A stretch of DNA of 64,000 nucleotides from a virus, in IMG/VR virus record IMGVR_UViG_3300037507_004165, positions 90,138 to 154,137 of that record; one strand, given 5' to 3'. Positions 41,848 through 51,645 of this stretch are shown here, piece by piece. The notes beneath the pieces are model-generated. The model did no database searches. It was not told the origin of the DNA and was given only the letters and a program-made list of their open reading frames with translations. A program made the translations under genes and the position numbers. How positions within the stretch are numbered: position 1 is the first letter of the stretch; the number at the start of each line of letters is the position of its first letter.

Positions 41848-42528
41848 ATGTCTTTATATCATATTCATGTTCCAAGAACATCTGGTGTCTTCATAAGAAA
41901 CATTTTGATGGATAATTTTAATTGTAAAACAAAACTTTTAGGTCATGGAAGTCCAATATCAGAAGAAGCTTTCGCCAAAGCGGAGCTTATTAGTGGACAC
42001 TTTGGAGTTGAACCATTAAATTATTCAAAAAAATCTTTTTGCGTAATCAGAGATCCAAATGAATTGACATTTAGCTATATTAAGAATATTTCATATAAAT
42101 TAAAAATTAATATACCATTTGAAGAATTAATTAATCTTTATTTAACTACTAAAGAATTCTCATCTAGCGTTACTAATTTAATTACAAAATCTTTAACAGG
42201 CAAAGTAGATATAAGCGAATATAACAATTATTATTCTAATCAAACTATTATGGTTGATAATTGTTGGTTTTTAAAAAATCCACTAAAAAATTATGAAAAT
42301 ATAATATCTTTTATAGAAGATAATAATATCAAAGTATATCTTTACGAGTCAAAAGATTTATATAAAGATATTTTTTCATATATAAATTTAAATAATATTA
42401 ATATAGATAATTATCATAAAGTTAATCATACCGAAAAAGAATTTGATTATTTATATGATAAATACTTTGATAGAATTAACGAACTAAACTACTTGGATAA
42501 AAGTATTTATGATTATTTTAAAAAATAA
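41848..42528 (+). CDS. Sulfotransferase-family protein
   Basis: Motifs HIHVPRTSG, GHF, RDP and N.LD...Y. Confidence 0.7.
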   Translation: MSLYHIHVPRTSGVFIRNILMDNFNCKTKLLGHGSPISEEAFAKAELISGHFGVEPLNYSKKSFCVIRDPNELTFSYIKNISYKLKINIPFEELINLYLTTKEFSSSVTNLITKSLTGKVDISEYNNYYSNQTIMVDNCWFLKNPLKNYENIISFIEDNNIKVYLYESKDLYKDIFSYINLNNINIDNYHKVNHTEKEFDYLYDKYFDRINELNYLDKSIYDYFKK

Positions 42529-43096
42529 AAAAGAGAATTGGAATTTTTTAGAATTAGGAAATTACTCTATTTCTAGCATGGCAGAAGAAATAGAGTCTTA
42601 CCTGGTGGAATGGTCTTTGGATATTGCTAGGCAAAAAGAATATGTTACCCATGAAGATACCATGGTTTATATACTAAAATCTTTTGATTACTTGTGGTTT
42701 CCTGGAGAATTATCTTTGTGTAAAAATGTAAATAATTTTAAGAATCAAAACTCAATAAATGAAATAACTACAATATACAATTCTTTAGAAGAAAAAATAA
42801 ATGGGAAAGCAATAAGATCTGAAATAGTTAATATGAAACCCTATGGTAGAATTAGGGCGCACAGAGATAGGGGTGACAACGCATACTTATCAAGAAGAAT
42901 TCACATTCCAATAAAAACAAATGAGTATTGTTTTTTTACTGTTGGCGATGAAACAATTAATATGGAAATTGGAAAAGCCTATGAAATTAATAATTCAAAA
43001 TACCATAAAGTTTTTAATGGATACTCTCAAAATAGAATTCATTTGATAGTTGATATTCTCCCCGCTGAGCATCTTAAAAATATAAGTTTTGAGTAG
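42509..43096 (+). CDS. Aspartyl/asparaginyl beta-hydroxylase-like 2OG oxygenase
   Basis: Motifs I..H.D, RIHIPIKTN, H.V.N and RIHLIVD. Confidence 0.85.
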   Translation: MIILKNKKENWNFLELGNYSISSMAEEIESYLVEWSLDIARQKEYVTHEDTMVYILKSFDYLWFPGELSLCKNVNNFKNQNSINEITTIYNSLEEKINGKAIRSEIVNMKPYGRIRAHRDRGDNAYLSRRIHIPIKTNEYCFFTVGDETINMEIGKAYEINNSKYHKVFNGYSQNRIHLIVDILPAEHLKNISFE

Positions 43097-43334
43097 ACGT
43101 ATGAAATTAAATAATGGGAAATATTTATGTCCGTTTTGTTTATCTAGTGAAGTTTGCGCCGGCCCACACATACCTGAGCACGATTTGCCAGCCTTTATTG
43201 AGTACGTCCAGCACTTAAAAGTTGACTACATAGAAACATCTTTGGACGCTGTCAGGGAATACGCACTAGAAAACAGTCTAAACTTAGATTCTTTAAAAGA
43301 AAAAATACTTAATAGATTAGAAAAAAGAAATTAA
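43089..43334 (+). CDS. Hypothetical protein
   Basis: CPFC....C.GPH motif. Confidence 0.6.
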   Translation: MSRRMKLNNGKYLCPFCLSSEVCAGPHIPEHDLPAFIEYVQHLKVDYIETSLDAVREYALENSLNLDSLKEKILNRLEKRN

Positions 43335-44090
43335 TTACAAATCGTTATCGTATAAATTAATAGATCCAACTTCATGTTTAAAATAAAATCCATTCTTATA
43401 AGAAATTAACTTGTCCCTCTGACCAGATCCATGTCCGTTAACAGAGGAATAATAATGGCCTATTATGCATGGTCGAGCTAAGTCAAAGTTGTTTGGTTCA
43501 GAGCCTCTGTGCACCAAATGACCATGCCAAAAGATAACGTCTCCTTTTTTGGGAAGAAATCTCATAGCCTCAGCTTTATTTTCAATTGTTTTTTCAATAA
43601 TATATTTAGACGGATTTGATTTTAAACTGTCACTGTAAATATTAAAGTCAATATCCCATAGATGTGATTTTGGTATGAAATCAAATGGACCAGAATCTGG
43701 ATGTATATCATCAAGCGCAATCCAAATCCCAGTATAGTTTTCTGCAGACTGCCTATCAGAATTTGTATAATCCTGATGCCAGGTCTTCAGTGTTGAATAC
43801 CAAGAAGTAAAAGAAAGATGTAGGCCCATTTTTTCTAGTCCAATCAAATCAAAAACTTTATAAAGATTCTCATGGCAAAGAACCTCTTTTACCTGGTCAT
43901 GATGGATAAAAGAAGCGGAATTTTCCCAACCTAATTTATTATTGATAGATGAAATAGTTGAGCCGTCAAATGCAGGAGCGTGATGTTTTAACCAGTAATT
44001 TTTATAATTGTCTATAACTTCATCGGGAATTAACTTTTTAGCAACGTAATATCCATTTTCTAGATAAAAATCTTTAATATTTTCTCTCAT
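43335..44090 (-). CDS. Phytanoyl-CoA dioxygenase (PhyH)-family oxygenase
   Basis: Motifs WHQD, WIALDD, GP...IP.SH and GDV.FWH..L.HRG. Confidence 0.88.
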   Translation of the reverse strand: MRENIKDFYLENGYYVAKKLIPDEVIDNYKNYWLKHHAPAFDGSTISSINNKLGWENSASFIHHDQVKEVLCHENLYKVFDLIGLEKMGLHLSFTSWYSTLKTWHQDYTNSDRQSAENYTGIWIALDDIHPDSGPFDFIPKSHLWDIDFNIYSDSLKSNPSKYIIEKTIENKAEAMRFLPKKGDVIFWHGHLVHRGSEPNNFDLARPCIIGHYYSSVNGHGSGQRDKLISYKNGFYFKHEVGSINLYDNDL

Positions 44091-45152
44091 TTATATTTTA
44101 TCCGCATCCTGTAGCGTGAGTTTTCCACGCAATTGGTTATCAGAAATGACTTTCTTGTGATCATAAGCCTTTCTTAAACCTTCGTCTCCTTCCAGTGTTC
44201 TGTTTTGGTAAAGTGGATTTGGTTTTTTGTGAAGTTGATTTTTATCTTTGTCGTACTCAGAATAAAGACAATATCGCTTATAATCATCGAACAGGTTGTC
44301 CATCCAGTGAGGATAGCACCAATCTTCGCATTCAGCTGGTTCTTTTATGAACACTAAAACGTTTTCGTCAGATGATCCTTGAGATATAAACTCAAGGTAA
44401 CCATATCTAACGCCGGACTTAACTGTTTTTACCCCGTGAGTTGCGTAAAAGTTGCATGGAAATATAACAACGTCTCCCATCTTGGGGGAATATTCTAGGT
44501 TTAGATAAGGAAAAAATAGTTCACCGCCAGTGTAGTTAGTCCCGTCTAATTTCGAATCTACATTTACACAATCATTAATGTACGCAGACACAGCCACAAC
44601 TTGCCTTATTTGCATTTGCCCCTTAGGAACAAATCTTTGTCCACCAGTAGATCTATAGTTGGAATCATTATCGTTGTGTATGCCAAGATACATGCCCTGT
44701 TCGTATCTTATAATATGACCCCTGCTTCTCCACCATAAAGTGGGGAGAGCCATTGGAAATTCATCTACGTATCTGATGAGGCATTTGTATATTTGATCTT
44801 CCCAGTATCTGAAAAGATCTGCCATTTCTTTTTCAGTATTTTCTGTAACTGGTTGAAGTACACGAACTGGAACTTCTTTTAATTGCTCAAGAGAAAACTT
44901 ATTTTTGTCTTCATTTAAAGCATATACATTTCCAGCTTCGTCTTTTTCATAAGTCCATCTTTGTTCGTGGGCTTGTTGAGCATTTCTGTCTATCCAAGAA
45001 GAAGCTTTTGACAAGATATCTTTATCTATATTTAAAGCGTTTTCAATAACTACAACTCCACCACCCAGATTTCTAATTTTGAAGTTTGATATTTCGCTTA
45101 AAACAGATTCGTTTATTTCTGGAAAAGAAGCTGAAAAAATATTGTCTGTCAT
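44091..45152 (-). CDS. 2OG-Fe(II) oxygenase (prolyl-4-hydroxylase-like)
   Basis: Motifs H.D, YIND, GGEL.F and HGV..V.SG.RY. Confidence 0.85.
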   Translation of the reverse strand: MTDNIFSASFPEINESVLSEISNFKIRNLGGGVVVIENALNIDKDILSKASSWIDRNAQQAHEQRWTYEKDEAGNVYALNEDKNKFSLEQLKEVPVRVLQPVTENTEKEMADLFRYWEDQIYKCLIRYVDEFPMALPTLWWRSRGHIIRYEQGMYLGIHNDNDSNYRSTGGQRFVPKGQMQIRQVVAVSAYINDCVNVDSKLDGTNYTGGELFFPYLNLEYSPKMGDVVIFPCNFYATHGVKTVKSGVRYGYLEFISQGSSDENVLVFIKEPAECEDWCYPHWMDNLFDDYKRYCLYSEYDKDKNQLHKKPNPLYQNRTLEGDEGLRKAYDHKKVISDNQLRGKLTLQDADKI

Positions 45153-45161
45153 TTTTTGATC

Positions 45162-46055
45162 CTAATTATTGAGATAAAAATTTATATCTCTCTTTATTAA
45201 CTCTAAAGAAACATCGATTCCGAATTCTTGAATTTTTGTTGGATATGGTCTATCATTTTCGTCAATATTATCTTTTTTAGTTACTGGCTTGTGATCTCTT
45301 TTGCCTTCTTCATTATATTTTTCTTCAAACCATGGAAATGTCTGTCCAAATATATCTCTTTCTCCAAGCAAGAATCCGTTGGCATATCTTTTGATTCTTG
45401 TTCCAGTTCTATCTATCAAAAACTTAGTAAAGTTTCCAGTCAGTGGCTCGAAGAGCTTTTTGTTTGGCACTTTGCTTGCTCTCGCTGTTGACCAAGGAAC
45501 TTCCTCACCGTTAAAAGGAATGCCGTTCTCCTGCAAGTCAGCGTCGTAAGCCTTGGTCAAATAAGACCAAAGCTCGTGTTGATCTTGTTCTTTAACAGAA
45601 CCTGGAGCGTAATCCGGATCATATCTGTGTTTATCATGTCTTCCATTCGTTAGCTCAGTGAAGGTATACGTAGCGCCAAAATTATCAACAGCATATTTTT
45701 GCGCCACTTCTCCAACTGTTAAATTTAACTTCTGTTCGTCAATATAGTTTTTGATTCCATTTTGAAATTCTGGATAGCCGTGACACATAAAATCATCCAC
45801 AACTACCGCAATTATATTGAAGTTACTCTCATTCTTATAGATTTGATTTAGAATTTCCAAATTCCTATGCTGAGGAATATTGCCACACCCCGCTGCAACA
45901 TTAAATAAAAGTGTGACTTTACCTTTGCAATCTTTAAAAATATCCTCGTTTTTTCCATCAGCTGATTTTATTTTTATATCGTAAATAGAGACTGGCAATT
46001 CGAACTCTTCGGCTTGAAGACTTAAGACATCTTTTACTTGATCTTGTTCTATCAT
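45162..46055 (-). CDS. Glutathione peroxidase-like protein
   Basis: KGKV.L.FNVA..CG and NFTKFLIDR.G motifs. Confidence 0.8.
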   Translation of the reverse strand: MIEQDQVKDVLSLQAEEFELPVSIYDIKIKSADGKNEDIFKDCKGKVTLLFNVAAGCGNIPQHRNLEILNQIYKNESNFNIIAVVVDDFMCHGYPEFQNGIKNYIDEQKLNLTVGEVAQKYAVDNFGATYTFTELTNGRHDKHRYDPDYAPGSVKEQDQHELWSYLTKAYDADLQENGIPFNGEEVPWSTARASKVPNKKLFEPLTGNFTKFLIDRTGTRIKRYANGFLLGERDIFGQTFPWFEEKYNEEGKRDHKPVTKKDNIDENDRPYPTKIQEFGIDVSLELIKRDINFYLNN

Positions 46056-46067
46056 TTTATATAGATC

Positions 46068-46499
46068 CTACTTTAATAAATCTTTAGGTATTATCCAGAG
46101 TTTGCAAATTGCATTTGCTTCTATTGTTCCAAAAACAATTTCACATCCGCCACCACCTTTAAAATAAACACAATTGCCACAAATTAAACCTTTTTCTTTG
46201 AAGGGATTCTCTGAAGCTGGCGCGTAGTGAGCTCCATTTGGTCCAGATGTTTTATCAAATCTTCCAAACTCTTCTACTACATCTTCATAGTATTCATATA
46301 GGGCTTTTTGTCTGTCAGTTAGTTTTGATTCTGGATCGTCTTCATCTTCTGAATCCTCATCAGGATTCTCTTCGTCTTCTGGCATTTCTTCGTCTTCTGG
46401 TTCTTCTTCTTCGGTCAGATTGCGATTAGATGCCATGCTAGAAATAAGCTTCATCTTGTTTGCCTGGTAGCTAACATTAGATAGCCAATAATTAGTCAT
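46068..46499 (-). CDS. Acidic protein with a HiPIP-like four-Cys domain
   Basis: CGNCVYF....CEIV.G.I...AICKLW; likely start 46499. Confidence 0.7.
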   Translation of the reverse strand: MTNYWLSNVSYQANKMKLISSMASNRNLTEEEEPEDEEMPEDEENPDEDSEDEDDPESKLTDRQKALYEYYEDVVEEFGRFDKTSGPNGAHYAPASENPFKEKGLICGNCVYFKGGGGCEIVFGTIEANAICKLWIIPKDLLK

Positions 46500-46827
46500 T
46501 GTCTTCTTCCTTTTTAACAACTCCGTCTGGTATTGCAGCTAATCTGCAAAGACCACCTGGCTCTATTGCTTGAGCGACTATCTTGCATGCATTTTCAGAT
46601 TCTTTTAAATAACAATTCCCGCACATGATCCCCATCTCTTTGTTATCATTTTCTTCTGCAGGAGTATACCCAACCCATATACCTTTTCCATCATTATTGG
46701 CAAGTTTTCCATATTTTTGAGCGATTGCAAGCAGTGCGTTAGCAAATTCAAGCTCTGGAAGTGGCATATTCATCATTTCTTTATTCTCTAATTCAACCAG
46801 TAGATCGGCAAGCCAATACGATGACAT
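46492..46827 (-). CDS. HiPIP-like four-Cys domain protein (paralog of the neighbour)
   Basis: CGNCYL.....CKIV...IEPGGLCRL; AAGGAG RBS. Confidence 0.7.
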   Translation of the reverse strand: MSSYWLADLLVELENKEMMNMPLPELEFANALLAIAQKYGKLANNDGKGIWVGYTPAEENDNKEMGIMCGNCYLKESENACKIVAQAIEPGGLCRLAAIPDGVVKKEEDND

Positions 46828-46893
46828 AAAGTCTCCTTTTAAAAATTTATATCTAAATAGTACTATATTTCTATCGGTAAAGCAAGTGCTACT

Positions 46894-48387
46894 TTAGCCG
46901 TCAGACATTAAGCCTCTTCTTAGTTCTTGTTCTTCGTCAACCGACATTTGTTTTGGTTCCTTCTTAAAGGCACCGTCCCTTAATTTACCAAGCCCATACC
47001 CAGCAGAGCTCAATAGCGCAGCTGTAGCCGCAAGTCTAATATTCTTTGAATTTTTAAATCCACCTAGAACACTCTTAGCAACTTCCATTCCATCATCAAG
47101 TGCTGTTCTCAAGGCTTTTTCTATTGGCATCTTTGCGTAAGTTTCAGCTTCTCCACTGGCAGCAAGTGCTGCTCTAGCTGCAGGAGTTGTTGTCGGTGCC
47201 CTACCCGCTGCTCCACGCAGAGCATCTGAAGATGTGGAAGTTTCGATATTCTTAGCTGCCGCGGTAGACCTTGAAGCTTCGTAGCGTTGATTATCCGCCT
47301 CAAAAAAGGAATCAACTAGTTTTTCTTTTGCTTGTTCAGTTTTTTTGTCTATGTAACTTTCTGCTTTTCCTAATGGATCTACTTTTTCTTCTATTTTATC
47401 TTTTATTTTTTCTTGGACTTGTTCGTCTACGCCCTCTGGTTTCTCATCGTCCTCGTTGGGTTTGGCATCGGATATGACCGCATCTATGACACTGTCTTCT
47501 ATTTTTTTAATGTCACTAACTGGCTTAGTTGGTTCTTTTGCTTTTTCTTTTTTAACTTTTTCCCCATTAGATTCAACAACTTCACCCACTTTGATTACCG
47601 GTCTATTGTTTTCAACGGTTTTTGAAACAGCTTTTGATTTTTCTGATTGATCAGATCCAGAACGTCTTGTGAGAAAGTCACTTATTGGCTCAGAGCTTAC
47701 ATCCCCAAGAACATTTTGTGTTGTATCGCCTTGAAAGAAAAATCTTTCTCCTGTACTTTCATAAATATCTGTAACTCTATCACCCATGTGCGTTGAGCCT
47801 GCATCTATCGCAGTTGATCCAGGCTTGTTTGTTTCAAATATAGTTCTTCCCAAGACACTTGAGGCTTGAGAAGTAGTTGGCGTTGCTACGCTAGACACAT
47901 TGTGTCTTGCTAGATTAGCCAAGTGGTCTGTATTCTGAAGGTTCGTGGCACCTGGATTAGCCCTCTTACTTGCTTCAACTGCTTGTGCAACTGCAGAATT
48001 AACTGGGTCAGCCCTATATGAATCAATGTCTATAACATGTGCTTGATCAAAAAAGGGAGATCTTCCTTCAACACCAGCAGTTTTTGCTTTCCAACCAGCA
48101 TGGCGCATGTCACCTTGCTCAAAGGCAACCTCTGGATTCTTAAATCTAGCTACTCTTCCATCTTTATGTTGGACGTAAATAGAGCCTTGATAATCTCCAT
48201 ACTTGTCAGCTTTTTGTGGGATAATTCGATTTGGAGTTCTTTGAGGAGCGTGTTTAGAAGTTCTAAATATTCTTTGAACATCTCCCCTGGCAAAAGCATC
48301 AGCAATTTCTTGAGGCATATCTTCTGCGAATCTTGGGTCTAAGGTTTTAGCCACACCCAAAAGGTCAACTCGGTTATTTTGCTGCAC
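46894..48387 (-). CDS. Hypothetical protein, possibly virion-internal
   Basis: 497 aa low-complexity protein; AAGGA RBS; TTACTAT motif upstream. Confidence 0.65.
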   Translation of the reverse strand: MQQNNRVDLLGVAKTLDPRFAEDMPQEIADAFARGDVQRIFRTSKHAPQRTPNRIIPQKADKYGDYQGSIYVQHKDGRVARFKNPEVAFEQGDMRHAGWKAKTAGVEGRSPFFDQAHVIDIDSYRADPVNSAVAQAVEASKRANPGATNLQNTDHLANLARHNVSSVATPTTSQASSVLGRTIFETNKPGSTAIDAGSTHMGDRVTDIYESTGERFFFQGDTTQNVLGDVSSEPISDFLTRRSGSDQSEKSKAVSKTVENNRPVIKVGEVVESNGEKVKKEKAKEPTKPVSDIKKIEDSVIDAVISDAKPNEDDEKPEGVDEQVQEKIKDKIEEKVDPLGKAESYIDKKTEQAKEKLVDSFFEADNQRYEASRSTAAAKNIETSTSSDALRGAAGRAPTTTPAARAALAASGEAETYAKMPIEKALRTALDDGMEVAKSVLGGFKNSKNIRLAATAALLSSAGYGLGKLRDGAFKKEPKQMSVDEEQELRRGLMSDG

Positions 48388-48465
48388 TTTTTTTCCTTTA
48401 TTAAGCTATGAAAATATAGTAATAAGCATGGCCCCTAAATAAGAAATGATAATATCAAACATTCT

Positions 48466-48539
<74 letters not shown>

Positions 48540-48549
48540 AGTAAGCACC

Positions 48550-48558
48550 ATTATACCA
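48550..48558 (-). promoter_or_regulatory. Extended -10 promoter for the atypical tRNA-Gly
   Basis: TGGTATAAT on the minus strand, 10 nt upstream of tRNA G1. Confidence 0.65.
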
Positions 48559-48607
48559 GCACAATGCCAACAATACTCGTTTGAGATTATTAAAAAAGAA
48601 TTAAAAG

Positions 48608-48907
48608 TTAGTCTGGCATAAGTGGATTGCCGTGCAGCTTGCCTTCCACTATTTGTTTAACTGTTTTTACAGTATTTTGAAGATGTTCTTTACCAAAATT
48701 TAAAGAAAGATGTAGGCTCCAAATTGCGTCAGTAATTCTTCTCGCAGCCACTCTGCAGACGGCATCATCTAATTGATCAGACTTCATAGAATGATATATC
48801 ATATTATATATCTCTGTATATGTTAATATTTCCATATGCTGGACCTTTCCAAATGCAGGGGCAGAATTAACCACCCCTGCATTAAGAGCATCTGACTTCG
48901 TGTGCAT
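48608..48907 (-). CDS. Hypothetical protein
   Basis: ORF; true start may be MEILTY at ~48837. Confidence 0.5.
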   Translation of the reverse strand: MHTKSDALNAGVVNSAPAFGKVQHMEILTYTEIYNMIYHSMKSDQLDDAVCRVAARRITDAIWSLHLSLNFGKEHLQNTVKTVKQIVEGKLHGNPLMPD

Positions 48908-49049
48908 AGTATACCATACAAAACAAAACCAAAAAACTAATAGGGGGAAAAACTTTCAAAATGAAAAAGGCCTCTAAAAATTTTTTCCAATTTTACCTCA
49001 TATAAGGATTTTAAAAATTACTATCTAAAATATATTTTAAAGGAGTTTT

Positions 49050-49589
49050 ATGGCTTTGGGTAAGGGCATGATTGCTGCCATAGGAGCAGCCGGACTTGGT
49101 TATGGTGCCAAGAAATCCATGGACTACGGTAATACACAATTTGCAGCAGGGATGGGTGCTGGTGCTCTTGCTTTTGGCGGAGTGGCAGCAGGACTTGGCA
49201 AAAGGGCTATGAGAAAGGGCGGAATCAGAATTGCAGAAACAATGACTCGCAAAGAAGCCGCTAGAATGTCTAGAAAAGCTGTGAACAATAGAGCCCTATC
49301 GATAGCTGCTGGTGGTATGGGACTATTTGGAGGAACTTCTACATACTTCCAGGCTCAACAGGGTGATTACGGTAGTGCTGCGATGAGTTTGGGAATGACT
49401 GCAGCAGGAGTTGGTGTAGCTGGTAAATTGGGGATGAGAAGCTTTAGGCAGTTTGGTGACTCAAGAAGTCTATCAAAAGCAGCCGGAGTCTTGGCTGGTT
49501 TGCCGGGTGGTTCAATATCAAGAGCTGGTGCGGCTAGATCTGGAGCAGGCGTTTCCAGGGCGATTCCATCTGGCAGAAGATTAAGATAA
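49050..49589 (+). CDS. Gly/Ala-rich basic membrane-associated protein
   Basis: AAGGAG RBS; glycine-zipper-like helices; TTACTAT motif upstream. Confidence 0.65.
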   Translation: MALGKGMIAAIGAAGLGYGAKKSMDYGNTQFAAGMGAGALAFGGVAAGLGKRAMRKGGIRIAETMTRKEAARMSRKAVNNRALSIAAGGMGLFGGTSTYFQAQQGDYGSAAMSLGMTAAGVGVAGKLGMRSFRQFGDSRSLSKAAGVLAGLPGGSISRAGAARSGAGVSRAIPSGRRLR

Positions 49590-49619
49590 TAGACCATATA
49601 TTATGGTACAATTGACCAC

Positions 49620-49907
49620 ATGAAGGCTGAACCAATAATTGAATATAGAGGAATAATTAACCAAGAGGGCAAAGAAGACTCTTGGGCAGACCAAACAATT
49701 CCAAGGATTATTGAAGACATGTATTACGTCAGCGGAAAAACAGGAGCAGATGCTCTCATTGATTTTTGGACAGATGTAAAAAATGGTAAATATATGGAAA
49801 TATGTCGAAAATTAGAAATTCCCAATCATTTTGGTTTAGTTCATTCTGTTAGCACGCTAGCTAAGCACTTCATTGCTTCTGGAAAAATAGATCTCAAGAA
49901 AGAATAG
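49620..49907 (+). CDS. Hypothetical protein
   Basis: TGGTACAAT 7 nt before the ATG (leaderless-like). Confidence 0.6.
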   Translation: MKAEPIIEYRGIINQEGKEDSWADQTIPRIIEDMYYVSGKTGADALIDFWTDVKNGKYMEICRKLEIPNHFGLVHSVSTLAKHFIASGKIDLKKE

Positions 49908-50412
49908 TTCTTCTGTATTTTTTTGCAGGTTGATCTAAAATTGACATTTCCCAATAATTGGGTTTAAACAAGTTTTTTACCTTTAAGGCGTTTTCTCCGT
50001 AAAGATACATAAATCTTTCTTTTTTAATGTCTTCAAAAGAAGATATCGGCCATCCATACAAAACCGCATCAACAAAATTAATCTTATTTTCTAATACTAT
50101 TTTATTTAAATCATTTTCAGATTGCTCACCAAACAAAGTGTTAAAGTCGACATAAATTCCTGAATAATTATTTTCTACAGCAGAAAAAATGGTGTCAAAA
50201 GCAGTTCCGCCAGTCCCAATAGAGAAGATAAAATCACACTCTCTAAATAACAGGTTTAAAGTTCTAGTGTTTTTTAAGCCTAATCCTTCTGCTGAACGAA
50301 CTGTTTTTTCAGATCTTCCTTCAAGAGCGCAAAAGAATTCATTGCTTTGATCCAAGGAGTAAAAAAGGCTAGAGCCCATTTTTCCTGGAGAGACTATTCC
50401 TATTTTGTACAT
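49894..50412 (-). CDS. NAD(P)-binding Rossmann protein (6PGD/3-hydroxyisobutyrate dehydrogenase N-terminal-like)
   Basis: IGIVSPGKMG, GRS..T and YVD.N motifs. Confidence 0.7.
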   Translation of the reverse strand: MYKIGIVSPGKMGSSLFYSLDQSNEFFCALEGRSEKTVRSAEGLGLKNTRTLNLLFRECDFIFSIGTGGTAFDTIFSAVENNYSGIYVDFNTLFGEQSENDLNKIVLENKINFVDAVLYGWPISSFEDIKKERFMYLYGENALKVKNLFKPNYWEMSILDQPAKKYRRTILS

Positions 50413-50540
50413 AAAAATTTTTTTTAATTATAATCATCAGCGATGGTTTTTGTATTGGGGGATTTTAACCCCCCAATACTGAGCTATCGGTTTCCGTGAG
50501 AAAGAGTATACCACATATTATGGTATAATAGTTGTTGTCA

Positions 50541-50612
50541 GCCCGATTAGCTCAGTGGTAGAGCACCTCACTTGTAATGAGGTGGTCGCAGGTTCAAGTC
50601 CTGCATCGGGCT
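50541..50612 (+). tRNA. tRNA-Thr(UGU)
   Basis: Canonical cloverleaf; anticodon arm CCTCA-CTTGTAA-TGAGG; no encoded CCA; TGGTATAAT at 50521. Confidence 0.95.
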
Positions 50613-50643
50613 CAAAGCACTTACGGTCGCACGTAAGTACTCA

Positions 50644-50733
50644 GAAAAAATGGTAGATACCAGGCTGAAAAACTTCATCTCTGGCGACGATGCGACTCGG
50701 ATACGCGGATAGGTCTGGATCTACTATTTTTTC
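50644..50733. ncRNA. Candidate structured RNA downstream of tRNA-Thr
   Basis: ~21-bp outer stem (GAAAAAATGGTAGAT-A-CCAGGC / GTCTGGATCTACTATTTTTTC) enclosing two small hairpins. Confidence 0.4.
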
Positions 50734-50750
50734 GAATATCTGAATCAAAA

Positions 50751-50999
50751 TTATTCTGGATCAGAATTAAAAGAACCATCCGCATGCTGATAATATCCAG
50801 TGTATATAACTATCTGTCCTTCATTGTCGGTTTCATAACCAAATTCTTCAACAGCATCGTTAAGTATTCTTAAGCGCAAATTGTCTTCATCCTCATAAAG
50901 ACCAAGAGCCTCTGCCTGGGAAACAAGAAAATCAAGAGCCTCTTCAGGTTTCATTGAACTAATGACATCAGGAGTAATTTCAGCAATATTTTTACTCAT
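50751..50999 (-). CDS. Acidic hypothetical protein
   Basis: 82 aa ORF coupled to the upstream gene. Confidence 0.65.
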   Translation of the reverse strand: MSKNIAEITPDVISSMKPEEALDFLVSQAEALGLYEDEDNLRLRILNDAVEEFGYETDNEGQIVIYTGYYQHADGSFNSDPE

Positions 51000-51322
51000 T
51001 AAGACTGATGTCCAGACTCAATAGATTTTTTATTTACCCAATCGGCGCAGAAAGAAAACCATCTGGCCTGATCTGGAATGCTAGCAGAATGCTCTGCACC
51101 TCTTTTTAGGTACTCTACAAGGCCAAGAATAATTGTCTTTTCATCTGTAGGAACAGACTGAGCTACACCAAGATCTGGAACCGATTCCTGTTGAGAATCA
51201 TCCTGAGACTGATGCTGCGCGATTCTTTCTGCCTTAGCAGCACGAATCTCGGCAGCAATTGCCTGAGCTTGAGGGCTCATCATTGTGTTAGAAGTTGCTG
51301 GGGTTAAAAGTGAATCATCCAT
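50999..51322 (-). CDS. Hypothetical protein
   Basis: AAGGA RBS. Confidence 0.65.
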   Translation of the reverse strand: MDDSLLTPATSNTMMSPQAQAIAAEIRAAKAERIAQHQSQDDSQQESVPDLGVAQSVPTDEKTIILGLVEYLKRGAEHSASIPDQARWFSFCADWVNKKSIESGHQS

Positions 51323-51342
51323 GTTTGTATCCTTTTTGTATA

Positions 51343-51645
51343 TTATACCAGCTCAAATTTATCTATTCCAGGGATAAGGCCTAATCCAGAACCATTATCC
51401 CAATCAACAAAAACTGTACCAGAATCGTCTACATGTGTAACAGTGCCACAATCCCCTGGTTTAAGATTAGTGTATTTGTCTTCTGTGAAGACTAAACGCA
51501 CTCTTTTGGAAACTAAATTAGGTCTATCAGATACAAGATCATTTATAAAATTTTTTAGAAATTCCAACTCTTCTTTGGTAACAAGAGAATCAAAAAGTAT
51601 TTTGTTTACAATCCGCTTTTTAATTATGTGGTCTTCATTAATCAC
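51343..51645 (-). CDS. DUF4314-domain protein
   Basis: RV.L....D....L.PG..GTV..VDD.G...V.WDNGS.L.LIPG.D; triplet CGG at 51613-51615. Confidence 0.8.
   Translation of the reverse strand: MINEDHIIKKRIVNKILFDSLVTKEELEFLKNFINDLVSDRPNLVSKRVRLVFTEDKYTNLKPGDCGTVTHVDDSGTVFVDWDNGSGLGLIPGIDKFELV

Noticed and set aside
48840-48907. Possible riboswitch in the leader of the 48608 gene
   Set aside because: Only one clear hairpin (TGCAGGGG...CCCCTGCA), and no aptamer consensus I can recognise.
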